A DNA stretch of 64,000 nucleotides, from contig JAZJZE010000006.1 of the NCBI GenBank assembly GCA_040390065.1, positions 12,551 through 76,550 of the forward strand. The letters run 5' to 3'. A program made the translations under genes and the position numbers. The stretch comes from a bacterium. Its GTDB lineage: Archaea > Thermoplasmatota > E2 > JACPAO01 > JAHFTW01. Shown in pieces: positions 42,372 through 51,825 of this stretch (positions are counted from its first letter, which is position 1; each line of letters starts with the position of its first letter). Below the pieces are notes generated by a model. The model saw only the letters and a program-made list of their open reading frames with translations. It did no database searches and was not told the origin of the DNA.

Positions 42372-45300
42372 ATGGCATCGAAGTCGAGCCGAATGGGTCA
42401 GCTGCTGGGTCCCCTGGTGCTGGCGTTCCTGATGGTCTTCACGGTCCTTGCGACGGTGACACCGCAAGCACAGGCTGCCGTGACGAGCCGACCGGAAGGC
42501 AAGGTCCTGATCACCACGGAGCCCGACTTCAACCTCCCCAACTACGACCAGATGGGGCCCACCGGGTCGATCTTCTACCCGTGGCAGGCGCAGCCGCCCG
42601 GACCGACGACGCAGCCGCCGCAGGTCGTCAACAACCCCTTGGCGACGTATCCGAAGAACCCGGCGACCGTGTACGTCAACACGAAGCACCAGGACCCGGA
42701 CGGCAAGTGTCCGGGCTGCTTCCAGCGCACGGTGCGCGTCGCCTTCAACGACATGGCCGTGACCCGCATCGACTTCGTCGCCCCGACCCGCGACGCCTTC
42801 TCGACGCCGGTCTGCAGCAACACCCCGGTGGATGCCTGGGCCGCCGCGATGGACCCGTGCAAGGACCACGGCATGCTGCGCTGGCGCCCCGAGTATTCCT
42901 ACGCCACCCGGCCTGGCTGGGCCGTGAGCGTCAACGCGGAGAACGCGAAGAAGAGCCAATGCGACGACCCGATCAAGTGCGCCATGGGCGACGACACGCC
43001 GCCGGCGCGCATCATGAGCTTCACGTCCGACGTGCCGAACCCGGTGCCCAGCCTGCTCTTGGGAACGACGCCGGGCGACGCTCGCCTCGCCAACGCCCTC
43101 GATATCGTGCTTGCCTTCTCCATCGATGGCACGCCTTCTGGCGACGACGGCATGCAGACGTTCCCGCAGACGCCCGCCGACGAATTCCACGTCCAGATCA
43201 ACGTGACACCGTCGGGAAACCCCAACATCCCGTTCGAGACGACCTGCCCTGCATGGAACTCGGCCACCGGCGTCAACGGCAACCCGCAAAGCCCCTTCAC
43301 CTGCGTCTACACCAACCCGCCGTTCAAGGGACCTGCGCCCGTCAACTTCCCGGCTGAGTTCATCGCCGACCCGCGCTTCTCGTCCGTCGACTGCGGTGTC
43401 CCGGGCGGCTTGTGCACCGGCACTCCTGGCCTCGTGATCCGCGTCGACAACACGCCGCCGGAAGTCCACGAGACGTCCAACGGCGACGCCCGCGTGGCTG
43501 CCGGAAACGGCGGTCCCATCCCGTGTGTCTGCAGTTTCTTCTCGCAGGACGTCGACCACAACGGCCACATCGACCGCTTCATCGTCTCGTTCACCGAGCC
43601 GCTGAACCCGAACACCTTCGACTTCCGCCAGTTCAGCATCCAGACGAAGGGCCGCGACCGCCCCTACACGATCACGAACGCCTTCTTCGAGCAGCAGAGG
43701 GCCGGCCCCGGCCCCGAGGAAGGCCTGTGCTTGCAAGGGCTCACGACCCCGCCCGCGCAGACGCCGCCTCTCACGCCGATTCGCATCACGTACCCTGGCT
43801 CGACGTGCCGCGTCGACTTCCTCGTGGCGGAGATGCCCTTCATGGACTCCGGCGACACGCCGAACCTGAAGTATCCCTGTGACCTCTGCCCCGCGACGGC
43901 CACGGACCGCGCCGGCAACCCGCTCAAGAAGATGACTGGCACGACCATCCTCGCCGTCGACCGCGCCCCACCGATCCTCTACTCGACGTACGCACTCGAC
44001 GCCGCCCACAACGGTGGCGTCCCCTACGCGCAGACGGAACTGCAGGTCTTCTTCTCCGAGAACGTCATGGGCTCTGGCTGCAACGACCCGCAGGCCGGCC
44101 CGCCCGCAACCTGCGGCACGCGCCCCGTCCAGTTCAACGACTTGTGCTACATGGACAATGTCTCGCCCGGCGGTGCCGGCGACGTGATCGGCAAGCCGAC
44201 GCCAGACCTGCCCTCGGGTGGCCGCGTCATCACGAGCATCACGACGACCATCAATCCGTCCGACACGCTGAACTTCGCGACGGGCCCCGTCATCACGGCC
44301 GGCCAGATCTACTACATCGGCACCGTAACATCGGGAACGACGACCGGCGGCGGCGCCACCAGGCTCATCGACACGAGCAAGAACTTCGCAGCCATCGGCG
44401 TCACGGTCGGCATGATCATCGACTTCAGCGGCGGATGCTCGGCGCCCATCGGCGCATGCACCGGCTGCTTCTCCCTCGATACGCCGTATGACACGACATC
44501 GGCCGTCTGCCAGCCCGCACCCAAGTGCCGCTACTTCGACCTCGTCGACCACACGCCGGCACCGGGTGCCAGCTCCGTCGGCACGGCTGGCGACGGCTGG
44601 AAGATGCGCGTGCTGACGATGCTCAACCCGACGGACACCAACAACCGACTCATGTACGGTTCGGCCGACGTGCATCCGTTCAACGGCGACATGATCACGG
44701 TCAACGTCGCGCCGCACGGACTGACGCGCGGCTGCTTCGCCGTCATGCTGGAGCAAGGCATCCTCGGCACCGACCCGTGCAACGCCGACGTCCGCGACCT
44801 GCACGACAACGGCGCCTGGTACCCGACCGGCCTGCCGCGCGTGGCCTACCCGCGCCCGCCCGCCTTGGCGCATGTGACGTTCCCGATGGTCAAGTCGGCG
44901 ACCGTCGATTCAAGCAACCCCAGTTGCCCGCAGTCCACGCCCGGCAAGGGCGTCGGTCCCGGTGACCTCACGGACACGGTTGCCTGCCACTACTGGCTGA
45001 AGCTGCAGTTCAATGGCCCGGTGCGCGGCCCCAACGGCCCCGCCTCGTGCGACACGACGACCGGCAGCGGCAAGACGGCGAAGCCGTTCTTCGCCTGCAA
45101 CCTCGACATCAAGGCCGCCACCGGCAAGGAGCTCGGCCAAGGCCCGCAGGGCTTCTTCGGCCCGGCGCCGCCGTCCACGACCGGCTCAAGCAGCACGGCC
45201 ACGCAGGCGCCCTACTACCTGATGGGCGACAACGACCAGGCAGTCCTGCAGATGGACTACGCCGCCCGACCCATCGACGTCTCCCTGAGCGGAGCGCGCG

Positions 45301-48300
45301 TCAAGCTCGTCTGCAACACCATCTTCGCAACCCCGGGCTGGGTCAGCAAGTACAGCCTCGACCCGAGCACGACCGGCGTCAACCCGCTGGTCGGCGCCAT
45401 CCCCTGCGACGACCCCGACCAGTACTACGGTCCGCAGGAAGACTTTGGCGGCGTCGTGCAGCGCCCCGACATCGACATCGTCGACCTGACGCCGCCTCGC
45501 ATCCTCGAGGCCCGCACCGTCGATGCCGACCACAACGGCTACCTCGACGGCGTGCAGCTGACCTTCAGCGAGCCCATCGACGACGGCAGCTACTGCGGCA
45601 ACGACCCGTCCGCGCAGGCCGCGCCCAACTTCTGCCCTGACACCGAATCCGGCGCCGGCACGGGCTACATCACGTTCTCGCGTTGGACTTCGCAGGAGAT
45701 GATCCGCGCCATGACGGACGTGCACGAGGAAGAGTGCTTCGCCTCGTCCGGTACACTGGACGGCACCGACACGGGCACGCCCTACACGGACGGCTTCAAG
45801 TGGGACACGGGCACGCTGTCCAACGACAACGTCGGCACCATCCTGCACGTGCGCACACTGACGCAGCAGGACGGCTCTTACATCACGCGTCCGCAGGACT
45901 GCAACGAATACTTCCGTGGCGTCCGCATGGATGGCCTGCCAAACCCGCCTGCCCCCAACGGCGACGGCGCGACGCGGCCCCTGCAGCGCTGGCCGACGGA
46001 TTCGCTCCTGCACATCACTTCCCCGGTGCCCGGCCTCTTCTCGGATCTGGCGACCCATCCGTTCCACGACAACTCGGACATCTTCAGCCCGCCCAACTCG
46101 CCGCCGGTTGCCAACCCCAACCAGTTGCCGCGCATCTGCCAGTTCGAGTCGCGCGCCATGACGGGCCAGGCGGGCACCTACAACCAGGTGCAGAGCCACC
46201 CGAGTGCGGCGTGCGACACGACGCAGATCACGGTGGATTCCGTGCGTGTGACGGACGGCGCGCCGCCCGTGCTCTGGAAGGCGCAGACGTACGACACGCC
46301 TGTCCTCGATGTCAACGGCATCCCCGACACCAAGAACTTCTGGAACAACCTGTTCGGCGACGGCACCATCGACGGCTACCGCCTGACCTTCAGCGAACGG
46401 GTCAACGACGGAAGCTTTGTCGCCGCCGACTGGCACGTGGCGGGCCACGACACGCTGGAGTTCACCAACCCGACGGGCTGCAGCAAGCCGGGCAAGACGA
46501 CGTATGTCAACCACGAGGTCACGATCGACACCGTCATCCCGGGCAAGGCCCTCATGCGGACGCGGGACACGACGCTGAACCCGTTCGACCCGCTGCAGAA
46601 CGACCAGATCTCGCAGGGCCAGAGCGACGACCAGTTCATCCTGCTGTTCACGCCGGCGAAGACCATCTTCACCAAGCCGGACGGCTGCAAGGAGTTGCAC
46701 GCCGCGTACGACACGGAGACGAAGCCTGAACTGACGGCGTCCGGCCCCAACGGCCACTTGCACATGGCGGACCGCGCCGGCCTCCTGAAGCCGAACCCGA
46801 TCTGCCCCAGCAACACCGCCAACTGCTGCCCAGGCGGGCCGTCCATCAACAACTGCATGGTCGACTTCGACACCTTCGCCGTGCAGGAAGAGGACCGCGC
46901 CGGTCCACAGATCGTGCGCATCGAGGGCTTCGCCGGAACGAACCACATCGACGTGCGCTTCAGCGAACCCGTCGACGACGGCAGCCACAGTGGCCTGGTG
47001 CGCGACGACTTCCAGTACTTCGACAAGAACGCCAAGGACGTGGCGGGCTTCTCCAGCACGGAGCCCGTGGAGTCCACGGCCGGTGGCCGCAACTCCACCA
47101 TCCACCTCGGCCAGCTTCTGACGGTCTCCGACCAGACGTCGGACAAGATCGCCGCCAGGACCTGTCGCATCTACGAGGTCGCTCCGTCGGTCAGCCCGTC
47201 GCAGCGCCAATGCGTGCCGAGTTACCCGCGCTCGCTCGTGCCCGAGAACGACACCGCCGCGCCCGGCGCCCTGTCCGACTTCCGCATCGTGGCCGAGCTC
47301 ACGAACGCCAACAGCCTGACAGCGAGCTGGACCGCGCCTGCCGACGACGGCACGGCCGGCAAGCCAGTGTCGGGCTACACGTGCCTCGTCGGTACGCGCA
47401 CGATCCTCGGCAACGAGACGAACGACAACCGCATCAGCTTCTCGTACGACCCGCCGGTGTCGTCGCTTGCCGGACCGGGCCTCACGCAGACCGTCCGCAT
47501 CGCAGGCCTCGACTCGGAAGCCAAGTACTACATCGCCTGCTACGCCAAGGACGATCTCGGCAACCTGTCGCCGCTGTCCGAGGTGGCGTCCGGGACGACG
47601 ACGCGCGATGTCACGCCGCCGACCGGCACCATCACCATCAAGTCGCCGTCGCACCCCGCCGGCGTCCCGACGGCTGGCAACACCATCTCGTTCACCTGGA
47701 ACGCCATCACGAAGGCGCAGGAGCCCGAGTCGACCGTGGTGTACCACTACGCGCTCAACACGAACCCGAACTACGTGGTTCTCGCCACCGACGGTGCAAC
47801 CCAGGACACGAAGGTGACGCAACTCGCTCCGGGCGACGGCACGTACTACTTCCACGTCGCGGCCATGAGTGGCGGCGGCTCGACGCTCACGGCCCACTAC
47901 CAGGTCGTGGTCGGCTTGCCCCCGCTGACGGTCGCCTCGATCGAGTCGGCCAACGACCTCGTCAAGACCGAGCCGTTCCGCCAGGAGCAGGAGTTGAACG
48001 GCCAGACGGTCGTCCTCAACAACGTCACCTGGACGCTGCCGCCGGACACGACCCCTCCCGGCTTGGACATCAGCGGCGTCGAGATCTGGCGCGAGGACCA
48101 CGGCATCTTCACGAAACTGAACCTCGCCGACACGGACCCGAAGATCTGCTCGCACCCGCTGTCGGGCTCGTACGACGACCTGAAGAGCGGTCACTGCTGG
48201 GACACGAGCCTAGGCGCCACCGCCGACTCGAAGTACAAGGTCACGATGGTCTTCGCGACCCCCCCGCACACGCAGGGCGAACCCGTGAAGGGCTACGCCG

Positions 48301-48611
48301 GCCTCGTGGACCAGACACCGGGAGTCGTCCCGCCGTGGATCTGGATTCTGGCCGGCATCGCGCTGGCGCTCATCCTGTCGGGTCTCGTGATCTTCGTGAT
48401 CCTGAAGCGCCGCTCCAAGCTCGAAGCCACCGGCGGCACCGCCTACAGCTGGGAGTCGGCCAACCCCGAACTCCTCGGCATCGACGAGGCCACCGGCCTG
48501 CCCGTGCACGAAGTGCGCTGCCCGTCCTGCAACAACCCGTTCCAGGCCGTCGGCGCTCTCCCCTTGCCGGTCACGTGCCCGACTTGCGGCACGACCGGGG
48601 AACTCGAATAG
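42372..48611 (+). CDS. Giant cell-surface protein 3 (about 2079 aa), paralog of proteins 1 and 2
   Basis: The ORF opens at 42321, but GAGGT lies 6 nt before ATG 42372. That start gives the signal peptide MASKSSRMGQLLGPLVLAFLMVFTVLATVTPQAQA. Same module types as its paralogs. TM helix PWIWILAGIALALILSGLVIFVIL. Tail CPSC-x19-CPTC. Confidence 0.9.
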   Translation: MASKSSRMGQLLGPLVLAFLMVFTVLATVTPQAQAAVTSRPEGKVLITTEPDFNLPNYDQMGPTGSIFYPWQAQPPGPTTQPPQVVNNPLATYPKNPATVYVNTKHQDPDGKCPGCFQRTVRVAFNDMAVTRIDFVAPTRDAFSTPVCSNTPVDAWAAAMDPCKDHGMLRWRPEYSYATRPGWAVSVNAENAKKSQCDDPIKCAMGDDTPPARIMSFTSDVPNPVPSLLLGTTPGDARLANALDIVLAFSIDGTPSGDDGMQTFPQTPADEFHVQINVTPSGNPNIPFETTCPAWNSATGVNGNPQSPFTCVYTNPPFKGPAPVNFPAEFIADPRFSSVDCGVPGGLCTGTPGLVIRVDNTPPEVHETSNGDARVAAGNGGPIPCVCSFFSQDVDHNGHIDRFIVSFTEPLNPNTFDFRQFSIQTKGRDRPYTITNAFFEQQRAGPGPEEGLCLQGLTTPPAQTPPLTPIRITYPGSTCRVDFLVAEMPFMDSGDTPNLKYPCDLCPATATDRAGNPLKKMTGTTILAVDRAPPILYSTYALDAAHNGGVPYAQTELQVFFSENVMGSGCNDPQAGPPATCGTRPVQFNDLCYMDNVSPGGAGDVIGKPTPDLPSGGRVITSITTTINPSDTLNFATGPVITAGQIYYIGTVTSGTTTGGGATRLIDTSKNFAAIGVTVGMIIDFSGGCSAPIGACTGCFSLDTPYDTTSAVCQPAPKCRYFDLVDHTPAPGASSVGTAGDGWKMRVLTMLNPTDTNNRLMYGSADVHPFNGDMITVNVAPHGLTRGCFAVMLEQGILGTDPCNADVRDLHDNGAWYPTGLPRVAYPRPPALAHVTFPMVKSATVDSSNPSCPQSTPGKGVGPGDLTDTVACHYWLKLQFNGPVRGPNGPASCDTTTGSGKTAKPFFACNLDIKAATGKELGQGPQGFFGPAPPSTTGSSSTATQAPYYLMGDNDQAVLQMDYAARPIDVSLSGARVKLVCNTIFATPGWVSKYSLDPSTTGVNPLVGAIPCDDPDQYYGPQEDFGGVVQRPDIDIVDLTPPRILEARTVDADHNGYLDGVQLTFSEPIDDGSYCGNDPSAQAAPNFCPDTESGAGTGYITFSRWTSQEMIRAMTDVHEEECFASSGTLDGTDTGTPYTDGFKWDTGTLSNDNVGTILHVRTLTQQDGSYITRPQDCNEYFRGVRMDGLPNPPAPNGDGATRPLQRWPTDSLLHITSPVPGLFSDLATHPFHDNSDIFSPPNSPPVANPNQLPRICQFESRAMTGQAGTYNQVQSHPSAACDTTQITVDSVRVTDGAPPVLWKAQTYDTPVLDVNGIPDTKNFWNNLFGDGTIDGYRLTFSERVNDGSFVAADWHVAGHDTLEFTNPTGCSKPGKTTYVNHEVTIDTVIPGKALMRTRDTTLNPFDPLQNDQISQGQSDDQFILLFTPAKTIFTKPDGCKELHAAYDTETKPELTASGPNGHLHMADRAGLLKPNPICPSNTANCCPGGPSINNCMVDFDTFAVQEEDRAGPQIVRIEGFAGTNHIDVRFSEPVDDGSHSGLVRDDFQYFDKNAKDVAGFSSTEPVESTAGGRNSTIHLGQLLTVSDQTSDKIAARTCRIYEVAPSVSPSQRQCVPSYPRSLVPENDTAAPGALSDFRIVAELTNANSLTASWTAPADDGTAGKPVSGYTCLVGTRTILGNETNDNRISFSYDPPVSSLAGPGLTQTVRIAGLDSEAKYYIACYAKDDLGNLSPLSEVASGTTTRDVTPPTGTITIKSPSHPAGVPTAGNTISFTWNAITKAQEPESTVVYHYALNTNPNYVVLATDGATQDTKVTQLAPGDGTYYFHVAAMSGGGSTLTAHYQVVVGLPPLTVASIESANDLVKTEPFRQEQELNGQTVVLNNVTWTLPPDTTPPGLDISGVEIWREDHGIFTKLNLADTDPKICSHPLSGSYDDLKSGHCWDTSLGATADSKYKVTMVFATPPHTQGEPVKGYAGLVDQTPGVVPPWIWILAGIALALILSGLVIFVILKRRSKLEATGGTAYSWESANPELLGIDEATGLPVHEVRCPSCNNPFQAVGALPLPVTCPTCGTTGELE

Positions 48612-48676
48612 CCCAGAACGGGTTCGTGCGGCGGTCGCGCTCGGCCGCGCGCCCGCCGACGGAACCCATTCTGGGC
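48611..48676 (+). terminator. Long imperfect hairpin immediately after giant gene 3 (possible 3'-end or terminator structure)
   Basis: GCCCAGAACGGGTTC ... GAACCCATTCTGGGC (14 of 15 pair). Inner stem CGGCGG/CCGCCG. There is no oligo-T run, unlike the regions downstream of genes 1 and 2. Confidence 0.35.
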
Positions 48677-48951
48677 GATGCCAAGCCAGGGCACTAGGGG
48701 GCGCCGTTCGTGTCATGCTCCACTTGGGCCATAGGGTGGTGTCAGCCCCTAAGACCCCCCAGCGGACGGCGCAGCGTCGCCCGGCGCCGCTGCGCCGGCC
48801 ATCGCACCGGGCCCTCCCGGGCCACCTCCCCCACCATTCGGTAGGCACGCCAGCGCGTCGCAGCGCCTCGCGGGCCGCGATGCCCCCGTCGCACGAAGCG
48901 GTCCTTTCCACCTAAATAGCGAAAAACCCCTGTGCCGACCATGGGGCCGCC

Positions 48952-50349
48952 ATGCGTTGGGGAGGATTCCGCATGAGGCACGGCCGCGGCGCGGCATCGA
49001 CCCTGGCCCGTGGCTGGCTGCGCGACGGTCGCCGCTGGTCCCTCGGCTCCTCCCTCGTCCTGGCTGGCACTCTCATCGCCATGGTCGGGACGGCCGGCAT
49101 CCTGGATGGAACGCGCGACGTCACCCTGGACCGAGTGTCCGATTTCTACACGGGCGACCTTCGCATCACACCCGTCAGCCAAGGTGCCATGCCGGCTGGG
49201 TGGTTCGCCCTCAATGCATCGGCTGCCGGCCCCGGCGCGGCCAAGGAATTGCAGGCGAGCGGTCTCACCGTCTCGACGCGCGTCGAAGCGCAGTTCGTCA
49301 TGAGTCGGCAAGGCCTCATCGCGAGCGCCATCGACCAGTTCCTGCAAAATGGCCAGATTCCCGTGGAAACCCCCGGCAGCGGGGGCACGGATGCAAACAA
49401 GGCGCTGGTCGTGGGAGGTCTCGTCGGCATCGAGGCCGGCGACCACGCCTCGACCCGCATCGCGGAGCACCTCATCGACGGGCGCCTGCCGCGGCCGACG
49501 ACGGACGGCACCGTCGAGGTCGCCATGTCGGTGCGCCGCCTCGAGGGCCTCCTGACGCCCGACGAACGCGCCCGCCTGCCCAGCCCACCGCCTCTGTCGG
49601 CCCTGTGCCACCGGGACGCCGTGACCAAGTCCACGCCATGCGACATCACGGCCGGCAAGACGCGCACGGGATCCTACTACGAGCCCTTCGTCGACCGGCC
49701 CGTCGACATCGTCGGCCTCTTCGAAACGGGCATCGACGTCCTCGACATGACGACGCTCGTCGCGGCCGCGCCGCAAGTGCGCGAGCTTCTGGGACGGGGT
49801 GCTGATGAACCGATCGCCAACGCCTTGCTGGTCCAATCTGGCAGCCCAGCGGCGGCGCAAGCCATCGCCGACAAGCACCACTGGGCCACCGAGGGCACCG
49901 AGCACTTTGCCGGCAGTTACGTGGGCCAGCTGCTTGCCGTCCTCTCCGCCGTCGTCTTCCTCGTCGGCGCGCTCCTGTTCTTCCTGCCGACCTTCCTCGT
50001 CAGCCACGGCATCTCGCGGCAGTTGGCCATGCAGCAACGTGAACTTGCCGTGTGCACGGCCATCGGCGTGCCGACGTCCACGCTGCGCAAGGCGCTCGCC
50101 TTCCAGGTCCTGCTGATTGCCGCCGTGGGCGCCGGCGTGGCGCTTGTCGTCTCCCTTGCGGCCGCGGCCATCCTCCCTGGCGTCCTCGCCCAAGTCAAGG
50201 GGACGCCGTTGCCAGCAGGCTTCACCATCACGTGGACGACTGCAGTGCTGGCCGTCCTTGTCACGGTCGTCGCGATGGCCGTCGGTTGGGGACTTGGACT
50301 GCGGGCGCGCAGCCGCCTCCCGCTCACGGCGCAGTTGCGCTCCGCGTAG
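48952..50349 (+). CDS. FtsX/MacB-like ABC-transporter permease (no ATPase partner in the window)
   Basis: One N-terminal TM helix, a large extracytoplasmic domain, then three C-terminal helices in the FtsX-family arrangement. TAAATA box at 48913-48918. Confidence 0.65.
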   Translation: MRWGGFRMRHGRGAASTLARGWLRDGRRWSLGSSLVLAGTLIAMVGTAGILDGTRDVTLDRVSDFYTGDLRITPVSQGAMPAGWFALNASAAGPGAAKELQASGLTVSTRVEAQFVMSRQGLIASAIDQFLQNGQIPVETPGSGGTDANKALVVGGLVGIEAGDHASTRIAEHLIDGRLPRPTTDGTVEVAMSVRRLEGLLTPDERARLPSPPPLSALCHRDAVTKSTPCDITAGKTRTGSYYEPFVDRPVDIVGLFETGIDVLDMTTLVAAAPQVRELLGRGADEPIANALLVQSGSPAAAQAIADKHHWATEGTEHFAGSYVGQLLAVLSAVVFLVGALLFFLPTFLVSHGISRQLAMQQRELAVCTAIGVPTSTLRKALAFQVLLIAAVGAGVALVVSLAAAAILPGVLAQVKGTPLPAGFTITWTTAVLAVLVTVVAMAVGWGLGLRARSRLPLTAQLRSA

Positions 50350-50482
50350 TGTTGCTGCGTCGGAAAGGCCCCGCTCATCCACAGATTCCGCTGAGACATC
50401 TGGCATGGTGCTGGTGAGCTCTTGCACGTCTTGCACGCACTCCGACGAGGGGCAGAACACGCAGATTGTGTCAAACCGGCAT

Positions 50483-50538
50483 GGTCAATCTGCGGGTATC
50501 CAGATGGATGACGAACTGGAAGGCATCTGCGAAATGCC
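50483..50538 (+). promoter_or_regulatory. Conserved upstream element, copy D, in front of acyl-CoA dehydrogenase
   Basis: ggtcaatctgcgggtatccagatggatgacgaactggaaggcatctgcgaaatgcc. Preceded by the inverted repeat GCAGATTG-N19-CAATCTGC (50461-50495). Ends 45 nt upstream of ATG 50583. Confidence 0.6.
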
Positions 50539-50582
50539 GGGGCAAAGCCCTGAAAACCCCCCGCCTCGTCGCTACGGCGTCC

Positions 50583-51725
50583 ATGGAGTTCAAGCCGACC
50601 TCGGAGCAGGAGCTCATCCGGCAGACCGTGCGGGATTTCGCCGAGAACGAGGTCAAGCCCATCGCGGCGAAGATGGACGAGGACGACTGGTGGCCGGCCG
50701 AGCTTGTCCCGCGCATGGCCGAGCTTGGGCTGATGGGCATGACGGTCGCCGAGAAGGACGGCGGGTCCGGTCTCGACACGGTCTCCTACAACATCGCCAT
50801 CGAGGAGGTCGCGCGCGTCTCCGGTTCGCTGGCCTTGTCGCTTGCAGCCCACAACGGCCTCGGCATCAGCCAACTGTACAGGTTCGGCGGAGCGGAGCTC
50901 GTGTCAAAGTACATCCCGGACCTTGCCGCCGGCCGCAAGATCGGCGCCTGGGCCTTGACGGAACCGGGCTCCGGCTCCGACGCCGCCGGCCTCGCCACGA
51001 CCGCCGTGCGCGAGGGCGACGGCTGGACCCTGTCGGGGCAGAAGCAGTTCATCACCAACGGGCACGTCGCCTCCGTCTTCACGCTCATGGCCCGCAACGA
51101 CCCGGCCAAAGGGTCGCAAGGCATCTCGGCCTTCGTCGCGCCCGCAGGCGCAAAGGGCCTGCGACTCGGCAAGAAGGAGGACAAGCTCGGCATGCGGGGC
51201 AGCATCACGAGCCAGATCTATCTCGAGGACCTGTGGATCCCCGACGACCACGTCGTCGGCGAGGTCGGCCAAGGCTTCGTCGGCGCCATGCAGACGCTCG
51301 ATGCCGGCCGCATCGCAATCGGCAGCCTCGCCCTCGGCCTCGCCCAGGGCGCCTTCGACGCGAGCCTCGCGTACAGCCAGGAGCGCAAGCAATTCGGCAA
51401 GCCCATCTCGGCGAACCAGGCCATCCAATGGAAGTTGGCCGACATGGCCACACAGATCGACGCCGCCCGCCTCTTGCTGCAACGCGCCGCCACCCGCAAG
51501 GACCAGGGACTCCCGTACACGCGCGAAGCCTCGATGGGCAAACTCTACGCCAGCGAGGTCGCCATGTGGGTCACGACCCAGGCCATCCAAGTGCACGGCG
51601 GCAATGGCTACACACGGGACTATCCGGTCGAGCGCATGTTCCGCGACGCGAAACTGTGTGAGATCGGCGAAGGTTCGTCCGAAGTGCAGCGCATGATCAT
51701 CGCCAAATCCATCGGGCTGCGGTAG
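50583..51725 (+). CDS. Acyl-CoA dehydrogenase
   Basis: Typical ACAD blocks: [21 protein letters not shown], the [12 protein letters not shown] region, and C-terminal [15 protein letters not shown]. Confidence 0.9.
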   Translation: MEFKPTSEQELIRQTVRDFAENEVKPIAAKMDEDDWWPAELVPRMAELGLMGMTVAEKDGGSGLDTVSYNIAIEEVARVSGSLALSLAAHNGLGISQLYRFGGAELVSKYIPDLAAGRKIGAWALTEPGSGSDAAGLATTAVREGDGWTLSGQKQFITNGHVASVFTLMARNDPAKGSQGISAFVAPAGAKGLRLGKKEDKLGMRGSITSQIYLEDLWIPDDHVVGEVGQGFVGAMQTLDAGRIAIGSLALGLAQGAFDASLAYSQERKQFGKPISANQAIQWKLADMATQIDAARLLLQRAATRKDQGLPYTREASMGKLYASEVAMWVTTQAIQVHGGNGYTRDYPVERMFRDAKLCEIGEGSSEVQRMIIAKSIGLR

Positions 51726-51825
51726 CAAACCCGGATTCGACCGCGCCGAGCGCAGCGCGGGAACGCGCCGGCTGAACCTGCTCGGCCGGGGCGCCATCGC
51801 GATACAGATCGGCTTGACGGGCTAG

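Noticed and set aside
29525-48194. Series of very long minus-strand ORFs (for example 29525..32251, 32489..35245, 35468..37906, 37934..41773, 42354..44873, 45186..48194) antisense to the giant genes
   Set aside because: Their translations are dominated by Arg/Gly/Asp/Val/Ala with no signal peptides, motifs or repeat logic. They mirror the plus-strand genes codon for codon, which is typical of shadow ORFs in GC-rich DNA. The plus-strand frames carry coherent domain architecture, promoters and SD sites.
9924-48611. Whole surface island as a horizontally acquired genomic island
   Set aside because: By eye, GC content and codon bias match the housekeeping flanks. Essential genes (endA, trpS) are interleaved, and no mobility genes or flanking direct repeats were seen. 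Compositional statistics were not computed, so this is a soft rejection.
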